Shown piece by piece: positions 48,890-57,289 of a stretch of DNA of 64,000 nucleotides. Position 1 is the stretch's first letter; the number at the start of each line of letters is the position of its first letter. A program made the position numbers and the translations under genes. The stretch is from the NCBI GenBank assembly GCA_024409055.1, contig JAKSUL010000002.1, forward strand, positions 20,217 to 84,216, written 5' to 3'. Under the pieces are notes generated by a model that saw only the letters and a program-made list of their open reading frames with translations, did no database searches and was not told the origin of the DNA. This stretch comes from Bacilli bacterium (GTDB lineage: Bacteria; Bacillota_I; Bacilli_A; RFN20; CAG-826).

Positions 48890-49625
48890 CTTGGTTCCTT
48901 TCAATTTCTTGAAGGCTCTTAACAGTTTTTAATTCTTCGATCGTGTGATAAGAATATGCGTATCTTTCCACTTCGTAGCCATCTAATGTGGTGTATCGAT
49001 CTTCACTGATACTTTTAACACTTATGGAATCTGCGATTATCCCCTGCAGGTACTGAGGTTTGCTTCTGCTGTAGCAAGAAGCCAAAACAAGAGAATTCCT
49101 GAAATATTTGGAGTGTTTTGATATGAAATCGGAATTGACACGAAGCCCAATCTTTTTAAGCAAGAAGTACATAAACACACCAATGCTTCTCGTGTTTCCC
49201 TCCCTAAAGCAGTGTATCTGCCATAACTGCTGAATAATACTTGAGGCTTTCAATACTTTTTCCTTGGCAGAAAGGGAATCCCACTTAATCGCCAGGAACT
49301 CCTTTTCCAAATCGCCCATCTCTTTTTCTATATAAGAAGCAGGCGTGTAGTCAACCGAAGCTCCCTCTAAAATGGGCTCACTCTTATAAATGGTTATGCT
49401 TCTGAATTCTCCAGCCCATTCAAAGATCGGAGAAAATAAAAACGCATGTATTTTCTTTATATCGTAGACGGAATTGATCTCGAATCCATTCTTTCTTAGA
49501 GCGATGATTCTAGCCGGCACAATATCACTCTCGAATCGTTCTAGCACAGACCGATTATCAATTCCCAATTTGTTTTTCAAAACCCCGGTTTGTTCATCAA
49601 CATATGGATCGTGAGCCTTAGACAT
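48876..49625 (-). CDS. Fic family AMPylase toxin
   Basis: DPYVDEQTGVLKNKL, WAGEFR, HCFREGNTRS Fic motif; start MSKAHD. Confidence 0.9.
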   Translation of the reverse strand: MSKAHDPYVDEQTGVLKNKLGIDNRSVLERFESDIVPARIIALRKNGFEINSVYDIKKIHAFLFSPIFEWAGEFRSITIYKSEPILEGASVDYTPASYIEKEMGDLEKEFLAIKWDSLSAKEKVLKASSIIQQLWQIHCFREGNTRSIGVFMYFLLKKIGLRVNSDFISKHSKYFRNSLVLASCYSRSKPQYLQGIIADSISVKSISEDRYTTLDGYEVERYAYSYHTIEELKTVKSLQEIERNQDGKQ

Positions 49626-49938
49626 TTTGGTACATCCTCCTGATCGCGAATTCATAAGTCTCTAGATCTATTACGCCCTCTTGAAAGAGCCCAAGAAGTT
49701 TTTTCGCCTTATCAGATGGAGCCTTGGAATCAACAGTGCTGATGCCGATTGCAAAATCCACAAGATTATCAGAATCTGGTAACGATATCTCAAAGGGAAT
49801 CCCCTTCCTCAGGGACACTTGGTTCAGGAACAAAGAAATCGCGTAGCTAGTCGTAATACCCAACTTATCGAAAATAACTTCGCATTCTTTTTTGACATCC
49901 GGCGACACTCTGGTGTGCACAATTGAACTTTTTTCCAT
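49618..49938 (-). CDS. RelB/DinJ-type RHH antitoxin fused to a VbhA/FicA-like helical domain
   Basis: VHTRVSPDVK..CEVIFDKLGIT.S.AI.LFL.QV....GIPFEI, then FAIGISTVDSKAPS...FQEGVIDLE. Confidence 0.75.
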   Translation of the reverse strand: MEKSSIVHTRVSPDVKKECEVIFDKLGITTSYAISLFLNQVSLRKGIPFEISLPDSDNLVDFAIGISTVDSKAPSDKAKKLLGLFQEGVIDLETYEFAIRRMYQNV

Positions 49939-49956
49939 ATCGTTTACCTCGCAGAT

Positions 49957-49985
49957 ATTGTATCACTTTTGTTATACACGTTCAA
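49957..49985 (-). promoter_or_regulatory. Sigma-A promoter with a palindromic operator for the antitoxin-Fic operon
   Basis: Minus strand TTGAAC-17 bp-TACAAT; overlapping inverted repeat TGTATCAC-TTTT-GTTATACA (49959-49978). Confidence 0.7.
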
Positions 49986-50098
49986 TGAACTCAATTGAAA
50001 AAGCCTCAGATCTCTCCGAGGCTATTGCCCTATGTGATGGGCCAAGCGACTCAGAATACGAACCGCTCAGATTTGTTGTCGAGATTACGCTTAAAAGA

Positions 50099-50560
50099 TT
50101 AATAAAATATTTCGTTATCGGATACGGAGGAAACAATGTCCTCAATCGTCTTGTCGATAATTACGAACGATCGGATCGAGTCGAGGGATTCAAAATCAGC
50201 AGTAAACACGTTATCCGATCCAAGACCATATTTTTTATCTCCATCTCGTTCATCAATTGCGGAGATTGTATAGAAGACATCTTTGTAATTGAATGAAACA
50301 TCAAATCCTTGAGATATCAGTTTTAAGAAAACATCAATGTGCTGAGATCTGGCTCCTTTCGTTCTATCGATTATCTCACCTATTTCGATAATGTGAGTAT
50401 GCGGGACTTTATGCGTATCCGGCCTACCATGATCCGTATAATCTACATCTTTATACGCGTTCCCGTTTTCATCGTAATGCCTAATTCGAATCACTTTCCC
50501 TTGTTCATCAACCTGCTCAATCGTTGAATTTGGGGTCGATGCGCCTCGGCACAGTCGCAA
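50099..50560 (-). pseudogene. Polymorphic-toxin tip (Ntox24-like) read in frame with an immunity-like ORF; 5'-truncated
   Basis: PNS...RHYDENG.AYKDVDYTDHGRPDTHKVPHTH; internal SD AAAGGAG before the second half; in-frame TGA immediately upstream. Confidence 0.55.
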
Positions 50561-50596
50561 TCAAAACTGCTGCAATGAATACGGTTTTTGTTTTTG

Positions 50597-50956
50597 CTAT
50601 TTTTGCGCGGAGTTGACAACCAGAAGGTAAGATTCCTTGCTCTTTGGCAATAGCATTAACGACAATTCGTCCCTAATATCATATGAATAAATGTTTTCAA
50701 TGACGCCGACCTCGATTACGTCTTTGCAATACTGGTCAGAAGAGGTGACACACTCTTCTATAAAAGAATAGATATCGCTGAGTTCTTCACTGATTTTTTT
50801 CTCGAAACAAGCTAGGAAATACGGCATGAAGACATCTTCTAAGACGACAATCGAGCCGGTATCGATTCCGTCTTGCCATGAGGTCTCCTTATCAAAAGAA
50901 CCTTTGATGTTTGGAAATCTGTTTAAAAGCATGGAGTTAAATTCTCTTGAATCCAT
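50597..50956 (-). CDS. Small acidic immunity-like protein (DUF7674-like, tentative)
   Basis: Stop/start overlap with the upstream toxin-like ORF; RFP...SWQDG..TG..VV.EDVFMPY. Confidence 0.55.
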   Translation of the reverse strand: MDSREFNSMLLNRFPNIKGSFDKETSWQDGIDTGSIVVLEDVFMPYFLACFEKKISEELSDIYSFIEECVTSSDQYCKDVIEVGVIENIYSYDIRDELSLMLLPKSKESYLLVVNSAQK

Positions 50957-51342
50957 TAGTATTCTCCTTTCAATGATTTTTCCATTTTCGATAAAAGTCT
51001 TTCTCCAAAAGCGCGATCTGTAGGGCTTAATTCTTCTTTCGCTAATATCCTCTGCAAATTGACAATACGCTGCTCGATTTTGATGATGTGATTCCTACCC
51101 CCGACAAGTTCACCAGTTTTTACCTGTTTGCTTGCGGCTGCCATCGCACTTCCATCACCAACTTCCGCTCCTTCCCGGTAGAGCTCGCCGACGAGATTTT
51201 TCAATCTTTGATTGTTTACGGACTCTTGGATCGCAATGCCTCTGTCCGATACCCTTTTTGCCGCAAAGGTTTGAATATCGAGAATTAATCGGAATTTTTT
51301 GGCTGCTCCAACGAAAGAAAAGAGGGTGGTTTTACCTTTCAT
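50956..51342 (-). CDS. Stand-alone polymorphic-toxin-like domain with an N-terminal Prp-type cleavage motif
   Basis: SD GGAGGTG; LILDIQTFA-AK motif; LYREGAEVGDGS...TGELVGGRNH. Confidence 0.55.
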   Translation of the reverse strand: MKGKTTLFSFVGAAKKFRLILDIQTFAAKRVSDRGIAIQESVNNQRLKNLVGELYREGAEVGDGSAMAAASKQVKTGELVGGRNHIIKIEQRIVNLQRILAKEELSPTDRAFGERLLSKMEKSLKGEY

Positions 51343-52036
51343 CGGTTTTCACCTCCGAAAGTCTTCTTTCCCTGTCTTTCTTATTCTCCTTCATCGTATA
51401 GGAGTCATATTGGTAGACCGGAATATCCTTGAGTCTTGCAATGCCGAAGATATCGTCAGAGGCCGGTCCATAGACAATAATGCCCGTTGGTTCCAGCTCA
51501 CCGATTATTTTATCGACCTGCTCAGCGAATATCCACCTATTGTCCAGACGATGCGTGAATCCATGGGTTCCAATGGCGATAAGCGTATGCTTGGGGAATG
51601 CCTCCAGGCACGACAAGGTTCTGTCGTCCCCGATCCTGACGTTTGGAATCACCTTCATGCCGCGGGAGCCGTAATAATAGGTGATGGCGAGATTTAGATA
51701 GATCTGGCTCTTTTGGACCACAAGTGGCATGTTGTCGTATGGGCTTGGGTCAACCCCAACGATGCACGCGTACTTCGATAGTTTCTCAACATATCTTTTG
51801 GGATTATTGAGAATCGGGGTGAATCCCTCGTCGTTGCAATAGAAGCACATGCCGGTAGTCGAAGGATCGACGACGTCTTTTCTTCTGTCCCACTGAATTA
51901 TTTCTTTGGGTGGCTCGGTGGCGACCATCCATCTTTCTCTGACCGGGTAGTTGTCGGTCGGAGTGCGGTTTGCCCCGTCAATCAGGTACGCAAGATAAAG
52001 ATCCCTGACGTAAGGCGTCTTTGATTTCTTAATCAT
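51332..52036 (-). CDS. DUF4417 family protein
   Basis: FYCND, PDPS-like DPSPY, GMKVIPNVRIGD...PKHTLIAIGTHG, IIVYG; start MIKKSK. Confidence 0.75.
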   Translation of the reverse strand: MIKKSKTPYVRDLYLAYLIDGANRTPTDNYPVRERWMVATEPPKEIIQWDRRKDVVDPSTTGMCFYCNDEGFTPILNNPKRYVEKLSKYACIVGVDPSPYDNMPLVVQKSQIYLNLAITYYYGSRGMKVIPNVRIGDDRTLSCLEAFPKHTLIAIGTHGFTHRLDNRWIFAEQVDKIIGELEPTGIIVYGPASDDIFGIARLKDIPVYQYDSYTMKENKKDRERRLSEVKTDER

Positions 52037-52157
52037 ATGAATAATAACTTTCCGGCACATTTTGCGTGCCTAAAATGGTTGGATATGCTACTATTCACCT
52101 GCTATCGATGTGCTTCAGCATATCCGCAACCGTATCCACTGCAATGGATGCGGTTTT

Positions 52158-52736
52158 TTAGTTCTTTAGGTATTTCTTTATATCTTCGCCGATAAATTCA
52201 CCTCCAAGTTTTTCGTGACGGCATTCCGCGCATCCTCTTGAGACACAATAGGTCTTTCTGATCTGTTCGGCGGTCATGCCCCTGGCGACGGCTGCCGGCA
52301 TAAGGAATTCCGATGCAAACCTATCGGCCTGCCATTCGGGATCTTCGAATACACGCGGCTTTCTTTCGCTCGTCGACCTTGCGAGGCTCACGCCTCCAAG
52401 CATCCTGTGAAGGGCGAAATGCCCTATCTCGTGGCAAATCGTGAACGGGGCCCTCTTGTATTTATGACGGCAGGCCTCGTGCATCACGGATTCCTTGATG
52501 TAAATCATCCCTGACGAGATGTCGGTTTTTGCCTCTTCCCCTTTTTCGAAAACGGGGTCATCGTCAGGCATTACCATGTATTGGAATCCATAGTCTTCCC
52601 AGAGAACGCAAAGAGCATCCAAAAGCTTGGGGGCATTGATTCTCTCATTGTCACTAAGCTTTAGGAATCGCCTTACATCTTGGGCGATGTTCCTAATCTC
52701 GACAATCTTTAAAGGTTTTGCGTAAACATAGCCCAT
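52158..52736 (-). CDS. ImmA/IrrE family metallo-endopeptidase
   Basis: FTICHEIGH (HExxH), PEWQADRFASEFLMP; start MGYVYA. Confidence 0.88.
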   Translation of the reverse strand: MGYVYAKPLKIVEIRNIAQDVRRFLKLSDNERINAPKLLDALCVLWEDYGFQYMVMPDDDPVFEKGEEAKTDISSGMIYIKESVMHEACRHKYKRAPFTICHEIGHFALHRMLGGVSLARSTSERKPRVFEDPEWQADRFASEFLMPAAVARGMTAEQIRKTYCVSRGCAECRHEKLGGEFIGEDIKKYLKN

Positions 52737-53092
52737 CAATCGCCCTCCTTCAGGATAGACAGAACCTTTTCGCACTCTTCCTCGCTCATGCCGGGAAGTT
52801 TTCTCGCAAGCATGACTGCAAGATCCCTTTGGAGCGGCAAAGCGCTGGCAAGAGATATGTCAATCGAGGAAACGGAATGGTCCAAAGCGACCAGGAGTTC
52901 ATCGGTTGTTTTTTTGCTGAGCCTGTATTTGTGAGAGAGTTTCTCGATGAAGCCCTCCGGAACGGCTCTCGTGCCGGTCTCGATTGCAGAAAGATAAGAC
53001 AGGGAGATCTCCATCTTCTTAGCCATGGCGGCCATGTTCTCGTCCTTCTCGATTCTCAGCTTTCTGAGCGCCTTTCCAAATTCAGTTGTCAT
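52736..53092 (-). CDS. XRE family HTH transcriptional regulator
   Basis: FGKALRKLR...MAKKMEISLSYLSAIETG; stop overlaps the ImmA/IrrE start. Confidence 0.88.
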   Translation of the reverse strand: MTTEFGKALRKLRIEKDENMAAMAKKMEISLSYLSAIETGTRAVPEGFIEKLSHKYRLSKKTTDELLVALDHSVSSIDISLASALPLQRDLAVMLARKLPGMSEEECEKVLSILKEGD

Positions 53093-53242
53093 AATTCCTC
53101 CTATGCGAAGCGATTTTACTTCGCTGAAGATATTATTCCACAGTTTTTGTAGAATGCAACTACATTTGTGTGAAAAAGAAAAAACGCGATTGTCTCGCGT
53201 CTTTCGGATGTATATCAGAACGATTCCGTTCCAGATGTCTAC

Positions 53243-53327
53243 TGGTGGGCCCAACAGGAATCGAACCTGCACGGATCGCTCCACTAGATCCTAAGTCTAG
53301 CGCGTCTACCAGTTCCGCCATAGGCCC
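53243..53327 (-). tRNA. tRNA-Leu (anticodon TAG)
   Basis: GGGCCTA acceptor stem, CTTAGGA anticodon loop, long variable arm, GGTTCGATTCC, encoded CCA. Confidence 0.95.
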
Positions 53328-53390
53328 AGCGGGAAGATTATAAATTCCTGGCGCGATTAATTAAAGAAAGAAATATAGATACGTGTTCCC

Positions 53391-54662
53391 TTATTTTGGA
53401 GCCTTCGTTTTCTTCAAAGACCTAAGGTCACTGCTTCTTCCTTGTTTCAGCAATCGGCGATAATTTTCATTTAGGGCCTGCTCGTATTTGGAGTTATCAC
53501 TCGGAACATAGAATTTCATGTTCTTAATCATTTCGGGCAGATATTGGATCTTCTCCCAAAGGTCTGGGCGATCATATGGGTACTTATCCTCTTCTTGGAC
53601 GTTAATTGGCGTTAGCTTTAGATAATCCTGGACAATGAATGGCTTTGATGAGGCATATTCCATTGCTTTTTGGATGGATAGGTCGCCCGCTTTTGATTTC
53701 GGAGAAAGGCATAGGTCCACCACCGCATCCCCCAACGGGATAACTGCTTCTGGAAAGCCAACCTTTTCAGCCGCCTCAATGGCCATCTGACATCTCAAGA
53801 CAGCGTTGGGGTTTGCCAATCCAATATCTTCGTAGGCCGTTACCAAAAGTCTTCTTTTGATCGAATCCAAATCCTGAGCGATGCAAAGGCGGGCCAAATA
53901 ATATAATGCGGCGTCGACATCTGATCCGCGGATTGATTTTTGCAGAGCCGAAACCGAGTCATAATGCTCTTCTTCGTCTTTATCCATCGCGTAATTGGGG
54001 ACGCGTTCAATCGTTTGAACCATCTCTTTGGTGATGGTTTCACCTTCGTATTGGACAGAGGCTTCTTCCAAGATGTTTAGAGCAAACCTCATGTCTCCGC
54101 CCGAAAGTTTAGCGATGAAGGCGTAAGCGCCATCGTCGAACGAACATTCGTTATTCAATCCTTTAGGATTAGCCGTGGCGCGTTTTAAACCTTCCACCAC
54201 TTCGTTTTCCTCAAGAGGTTTTACTTCAAGTAAACGGCATCTAGAACGAATGGCCCTATTCAAAGAGACATACGGGTTAGCGGTTGTCGCCCCAATCAAG
54301 AAGAAGGTCCCGTTTTCAACGTAAGGCAATAAAAGGTCTTGCTTGGTTTTATCCAAACGATGAACTTCGTCCATGATCAAAATACACGGATGAAAGATCT
54401 TGGCCTCTTCAATTGCCTGCATCATTTCTTGTTTGGAAGTCGTGACAGCGTTCAAAGAGACGAAATGGACTTTTAGCGTTTTGGCATAAGCCTCGGCAAT
54501 CGTGGTTTTTCCAGTTCCTGGAGGGCCGAAAAGAATAATTGAGAAAAGAGCCTTCTTCTCCGCGCTTTTACGAAGGAAACCATTTGGGCCTACGATGTGC
54601 TCTTGGCCAAGGATGTCATCTAAGCAAGCGGGTCTAATACGAAACGGAAGTGGCTCTTTCAT
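53391..54662 (-). CDS. rarA: Replication-associated recombination protein A (MgsA/RarA)
   Basis: GPPGTGKTT, DEVHR, GATTANPY, KSIRGSD, EDIGLA. Confidence 0.95.
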   Translation of the reverse strand: MKEPLPFRIRPACLDDILGQEHIVGPNGFLRKSAEKKALFSIILFGPPGTGKTTIAEAYAKTLKVHFVSLNAVTTSKQEMMQAIEEAKIFHPCILIMDEVHRLDKTKQDLLLPYVENGTFFLIGATTANPYVSLNRAIRSRCRLLEVKPLEENEVVEGLKRATANPKGLNNECSFDDGAYAFIAKLSGGDMRFALNILEEASVQYEGETITKEMVQTIERVPNYAMDKDEEEHYDSVSALQKSIRGSDVDAALYYLARLCIAQDLDSIKRRLLVTAYEDIGLANPNAVLRCQMAIEAAEKVGFPEAVIPLGDAVVDLCLSPKSKAGDLSIQKAMEYASSKPFIVQDYLKLTPINVQEEDKYPYDRPDLWEKIQYLPEMIKNMKFYVPSDNSKYEQALNENYRRLLKQGRSSDLRSLKKTKAPK

Positions 54663-54717
54663 AACATTATTTTAAACGCACATTGCGAGTTTCGCACGTA
54701 TACGTAATATAAGAAAT

Positions 54718-55206
54718 ATGAAAGTCATAAGAAAACAAACCAATTCCAAAGATTGCATCGTCTGCGGAGTAAACAACAAAGCCGGGATCAACGCCTCTTT
54801 CTATGAAATGGAAGACGGCACAATCAACGCTTTATTCTCCTTTGGATTCATCCATCAAAGTTACCCAGAAAGAACGCATGGCGGACTTATATCCGCGGTT
54901 TTAGATGAACTAATCGGAAGAGCCATTTGGATAAACGAACCAGATCAATGGGGCGTCACGATGAAACTAACCGTCGAATACCATAAACCAGTCCCATACG
55001 GCGTGCCCTTAAAAGGAATGGGAAAAATCACAAAATCCACCAAGCTCACTTTCGAAGGAATGGGAGAAATATATGACGAGGAAGGCCACATGCTCGCAAG
55101 GGGATACGCGACCTACTTCAAACTGCCTCTAGAAAAGATTGCCACATCCGCCCACGCCGAAGAAGTTAACGTCATGATTCCAGACGACGTCAAAGAAATC
55201 GCTTAA
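54718..55206 (+). CDS. PaaI/hot-dog fold thioesterase
   Basis: CIVCG..N..G, HGGLISAVLDE. Confidence 0.85.
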   Translation: MKVIRKQTNSKDCIVCGVNNKAGINASFYEMEDGTINALFSFGFIHQSYPERTHGGLISAVLDELIGRAIWINEPDQWGVTMKLTVEYHKPVPYGVPLKGMGKITKSTKLTFEGMGEIYDEEGHMLARGYATYFKLPLEKIATSAHAEEVNVMIPDDVKEIA

Positions 55207-55256
55207 TGAAGGAAAAGCGCTGGAGAGTTTCCAACGCTTTTTGTTTTACGTTCTTA

Positions 55257-56246
55257 TTAATCGCCAATTGCGTTTCTAATAAAGCTCTCGATTTTTTCAA
55301 ACGGAATAACGTCGAGATTATCGTATAAATCGGTATGAACCGCTCCCTCGATTGCCAAGAATTCTTTATTGGATGCATACAAAGAATCTTTGACCATTTT
55401 TTCATAAGCGTCTTTTCCGAAATAATAAGAATGGGCCTTTGTTCCGTGGACAATTAACACGGCGCTTCTAATTTCATTCGCGTAACGAAGAATGGGCTGA
55501 TTCAAAAAGGAAACGCATCCAATAACGTTCCACCCCTCATTGGAATTGAGACTCCTTGGGTGGTACGCTCTTCCTTTGTAGTACTCGCTATAGTCTTTGA
55601 CGAAGAAAGGAGCATCACTCGGGACCGGTAGAGGTAAACATCCACCCGCCCTTTTGTAACAGCCGGTTCTAAATGCTTCGGTTCTTTCCTTATTTAATGC
55701 AACTCTTTTATTGTATCTAGCTTCTTCGGAGTCTTCAGAATCGAAATATCCGTTGGAGTTTACTCTCGACATATCGTACATCGTCATAGCGACCGTCGCT
55801 TTAATTCTTGTATCAATAGAGGCCGTATTTAAAGCAAGCCCACCCCATCCGCAAACGCCGATAATAGAAATCTTGTCCGGATCGACATCGCCTCTATTGG
55901 ATAAATAATCAATCGAAGCCTGAAAATCCTCCGTGTTGATATCTGGCGAAGCCATATATCTAGGTTCTCCTTTTGATTCACCAGTGAAAGAAGGGTCGAA
56001 AGCAATTGTCAAAAAGCCTCTTTCCGCCATCGTTTGAGCATATAATCCTGAGCATTGCTCCTTCACCGCGCCAAAAGGCCCAGATACAGAAATTGCGGGA
56101 AGTTTCCCTTTGGCGTTTTTCGGTTTGTATAAATCGGCAATCAATTCGATTCCATATCTATTCTTGAATGAGATTTTTTCGTGATCGACCAACTCTGATT
56201 GAGGGAATGTCTTATCCCATTCCTGCTGAATACTTTGTTTTTTCAT
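55257..56246 (-). CDS. Alpha/beta hydrolase (YcjY-like)
   Basis: GPFGAVKEQ, FDPSFTGES.GEPR, GVCGWGG, HTDLYD; start MKKQSI. Confidence 0.85.
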   Translation of the reverse strand: MKKQSIQQEWDKTFPQSELVDHEKISFKNRYGIELIADLYKPKNAKGKLPAISVSGPFGAVKEQCSGLYAQTMAERGFLTIAFDPSFTGESKGEPRYMASPDINTEDFQASIDYLSNRGDVDPDKISIIGVCGWGGLALNTASIDTRIKATVAMTMYDMSRVNSNGYFDSEDSEEARYNKRVALNKERTEAFRTGCYKRAGGCLPLPVPSDAPFFVKDYSEYYKGRAYHPRSLNSNEGWNVIGCVSFLNQPILRYANEIRSAVLIVHGTKAHSYYFGKDAYEKMVKDSLYASNKEFLAIEGAVHTDLYDNLDVIPFEKIESFIRNAIGD

Positions 56247-56292
56247 GATAATGCCTTCCTTGATTTCGCTATTACGCGACCATATATTAATA

Positions 56293-56323
56293 TTTGTAAT
56301 ACCTGAACCTAACTTTAGGTCAA
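56293..56323 (-). promoter_or_regulatory. MerR-type promoter/operator
   Basis: Minus strand TTGACC-19 bp-TACAAA with dyad ACCTAA-AG-TTAGGT in the spacer; divergent merR-family gene. Confidence 0.7.
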
Positions 56324-56343
56324 GCATTAAAAGAGGATCTTCT

Positions 56344-56781
56344 ATGTATTCAATCGGACAAGTTTCAAAAATGTTTAATCTGCCTATCTCGACGTTGCGT
56401 TACTACGACAAAGAAGGGTTTTTCCCTTACATGGAAAGGAAGGGCGGAATAAGGGTCTTCACCGATAAAGAAATCGAGTCGATAAGAGTAATCGAATGCC
56501 TAAAAGAATCCGGCCTAGAAATCAAAGACATAAAGCTTTTCTTCAAATGGGTTGGCGAAGGCAGCTCCTCATACGGCAAAAGGAAAGAATTATTCGAAAA
56601 TAGGAAAAAAGCCTTGGAAGAAGAGTTGAGGAAACTAAGTAGAATCCATGCAATGTTGGAATTCAAATGCTGGTACTATGAAACCGCCGTCAAAGACGGA
56701 AACGAAGATAGAATCAACAAGATGCTCCCGAATAGTCTTCCAGATGATATCCAAAAGTTATACGACGAGGCCCATAAATAA
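56344..56781 (+). CDS. MerR family regulator (AdhR-like)
   Basis: MYSIGQV...STLRYYDKEG, CL..SGLEIKDIK; start at 56344. Confidence 0.9.
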   Translation: MYSIGQVSKMFNLPISTLRYYDKEGFFPYMERKGGIRVFTDKEIESIRVIECLKESGLEIKDIKLFFKWVGEGSSSYGKRKELFENRKKALEEELRKLSRIHAMLEFKCWYYETAVKDGNEDRINKMLPNSLPDDIQKLYDEAHK

Positions 56782-56842
56782 CGTCGAGATTAGCAAAACA
56801 CCGCCCGAAATGGACGGTGTTTTCATTAAGAGGTTTCTGCAA

Positions 56843-57289
56843 TTAGTCTTCTACGGCAACCGTGCCATCTTCTTTAACGGTGATCGTCATATCGTCCTTA
56901 ACATAGTTGAGGAATTCTTCGCCTAGAGAATCGACGACCGGCATCTTGACGTCTTTTAGCCACACGTCCGCCAAGATCGCGCCGGCAGCGGCAAGCGAAT
57001 CGATCGGTTCGGAGAATAGCATCATCGCCGGTTGGCGCTTCATTTGGCAGGCACAATAGAGGACTAAACCTCCAGTCGTCGAACCAATAGTCCTAGGAAG
57101 GCAAAGAGCCTTTCCCGCCATTTGTTTTCCGTATAGATCCGGGTTGTTTTGATCACCGCAAGTGGCTTTTTTATCACCGAACTGGAGAGCCTTTTGGAAC
57201 GAGGCCAATGTGTTTAAACCGGCATGGGACACAACGGCTTTGGCCGTCATGGTTCCACCAGCAACAACTCTACCTTTGAATTCTTTCAT
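56843..57289 (-). CDS. Aconitase X swivel domain protein (DUF126)
   Basis: GKALCLP..IGST.G; adjacent to DUF521. Confidence 0.8.
   Translation of the reverse strand: MKEFKGRVVAGGTMTAKAVVSHAGLNTLASFQKALQFGDKKATCGDQNNPDLYGKQMAGKALCLPRTIGSTTGGLVLYCACQMKRQPAMMLFSEPIDSLAAAGAILADVWLKDVKMPVVDSLGEEFLNYVKDDMTITVKEDGTVAVED

Larger units (their letters stand above)
48490..53243 (-). mobile_element. Integrase-less genomic island / element remnant at tRNA-Leu
   Basis: Bounded by the tRNA-Leu 3' end and an att-like relic; cargo is XRE, ImmA/IrrE, DUF4417, toxin/immunity-like and TA genes. Confidence 0.65.

Noticed and set aside
50561-50563. In-frame TGA as recoded Trp (genetic code 4) or Sec
   Set aside because: Housekeeping genes such as ispF terminate at TGA and Trp is encoded by TGG; no SECIS evidence
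53093-53284. N-terminal extension of the XRE ORF in the track
   Set aside because: It runs through the tRNA-Leu gene; the real start is the ATG at 53092 with SD GGAGG
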